From Dimorphilus gyrociliatus (taxonomy: Eukaryota > Animalia > Annelida): a stretch of 64,000 nt of DNA. The position numbers and the translations under genes are program-made. Below, piece after piece: positions 63,022-64,000 of the stretch; within the stretch, counting starts at the first letter, position 1, and each line of letters opens with the position of its first letter. The stretch spans positions 1,240,968 through 1,304,967 of the forward strand of contig CAJFCJ010000009.1 in assembly GCA_904063045.1 (NCBI GenBank). The letters run 5' to 3'. The notes below the pieces were generated by a model that worked only from the letters and a program-made list of their open reading frames with translations, ran no database searches and was not told the origin of the DNA.

Positions 63022-63115
63022 ATGTTCTTTTTTGTTTATTGTAACAAATAATTACTTTTAATTTTCTTCCAGAGGAACTTTGGGAAAGAATCATTGACAG
63101 TGAAACTATTGCAGT

Positions 63116-63187
63116 GGGGGTATAGCTCAGTGGCAGAGCATTCGACTGCAGATCGAGAGGTCCCTGGTTCAAATCCGGGTGCCCCCT
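63116..63187 (+). tRNA. tRNA-Cys(GCA) copy 3
   Basis: 72-nt cloverleaf with GCA anticodon. Confidence 0.97.
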
Positions 63188-63281
63188 ATGTTCTTTTTTG
63201 TTTATTGTAACAAATAATTACTTTTAATTTTCTTCCAGAGGAACTTTGGGAAAGAATCATTGACAGTGAAACTATTGCAGT

Positions 63282-63353
63282 GGGGGTATAGCTCAGTGGC
63301 AGAGCATTCGACTGCAGATCGAGAGGTCCCTGGTTCAAATCCGGGTGCCCCCT
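63282..63353 (+). tRNA. tRNA-Cys(GCA) copy 4
   Basis: 72-nt cloverleaf with GCA anticodon. Confidence 0.97.
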
Positions 63354-63447
63354 ATGTTCTTTTTTGTTTATTGTAACAAATAATTACTTTTAATTTTCTT
63401 CCAGAGGAACTTTGGGAAAGAATCATTGACAGTGAAACTCTTGCAGT

Positions 63448-63519
63448 GGGGGTATAGCTCAGTGGCAGAGCATTCGACTGCAGATCGAGAGGTCCCTGGT
63501 TCAAATCCGGGTGCCCCCT
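63448..63519 (+). tRNA. tRNA-Cys(GCA) copy 5
   Basis: 72-nt cloverleaf with GCA anticodon. Confidence 0.97.
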
Positions 63520-63611
63520 AATTCTTTTTGGTTTTATAACAAATGATTTCTTTTAATTTTCTTTCAGAGGAATTTTGGGAAACGAATCATTGACAGTGAA
63601 ACTCTTGTAGT

Positions 63612-63683
63612 GGGGGTATAGCTCAGTGGCAGAGCATTCGACTGCAGATCGAGAGGTCCCCGGTTCAAATCCGGGTGCCCCCT
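63612..63683 (+). tRNA. tRNA-Cys(GCA) copy 6
   Basis: 72-nt cloverleaf with GCA anticodon. Confidence 0.97.
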
Positions 63684-63931
63684 TGAATTACTTTTTTCCT
63701 CTAGGCACTTTGAAAATTGTTTGGGATGACTAAACATTCATCTATGGTAATACAAATGCCTGTATCTTTTGCCAATGGCTTCGTATTTAGTAGGCGTTTC
63801 ACAATTAATGGCAAAATATTGTTTGAATTAATAGATTGGATCTGAGATGAACTCGCTGCCAAGAATTTTTAAAATTTTCTAATTTATCGCTTGGAAAACA
63901 GTTACTTAAATACTTTTAAATCGCTATCACT

Positions 63932-64000
63932 GGGGGTATAGCTCAGGGGCAGAGCATTCGACTGCAGATCGAGAGGTCCCCGGTTCAAATCCGGGTGCCC
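63932..64000 (+). tRNA. tRNA-Cys(GCA) copy 7 (cut by the window edge; D-loop variant CAGGGGCAG)
   Basis: Same sequence as the other copies, truncated 3 nt before its end. Confidence 0.93.

Larger units (their letters stand above)
62950..63683 (+). repeat. Tandem repeat of about 166 bp (tRNA-Cys plus 92-94-nt spacer), about 4.5 units
   Basis: tRNA starts at 62950, 63116, 63282, 63448 and 63612 (periods 166, 166, 166, 164); spacers near-identical, the last one diverged. Confidence 0.95.

Noticed and set aside
62800-64000. CRISPR-like repeat-spacer pattern
   Set aside because: The repeats are full 72-nt tRNA-Cys genes, the spacers are near-identical to each other, the context is eukaryotic and there are no cas genes.

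Overview
AT-rich, very gene-dense eukaryotic (animal) DNA with many short GT-AG introns of about 50-80 nt. This fits a spiralian/lophotrochozoan with a miniaturised genome, for example a Dimorphilus-like annelid; the organism call is inference only. Supported genes in order: ENT/SLC29 (-), PAN2 (-), DARS2 (+), FKBP2 (-), PRKRIP1 (-), IFT46 (+), SLC25A34/35 (+), PLGRKT (-, missed by the ORF track), GST omega (+), an intronless RBR E3 ligase (-), a disabled DEG/ENaC channel (+), CACUL1-like (-), a pannexin-like channel (+), stonin (+), an uncharacterised multi-exon gene (-), PEX6 (-), SURF4 (+), a REV3 N-terminal-only ORF (-), WWP/ITCH/Su(dx) HECT ligase (+), tyramine/dopamine beta-hydroxylase (+), sideroflexin (+), the 3' half of GOT1 (-), and a tandem array of 7 tRNA-Cys(GCA) genes. 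The most notable observations are: (1) a DNA polymerase zeta (REV3) N-terminal domain that ends in a Q/Y/S-rich tail, with no polymerase domain and no room for one, suggesting a split or neofunctionalised Pol zeta; (2) a channel with pannexin rather than innexin motifs in an apparent protostome; (3) two independent pairs of duplicated, probably mutually exclusive exons (IFT46 N-terminus, WWP HECT start); (4) a tRNA-Cys array where the 5' half of GOT1 should lie. All homology calls come from recalled family motifs, not from database searches, and exon boundaries were read by eye.
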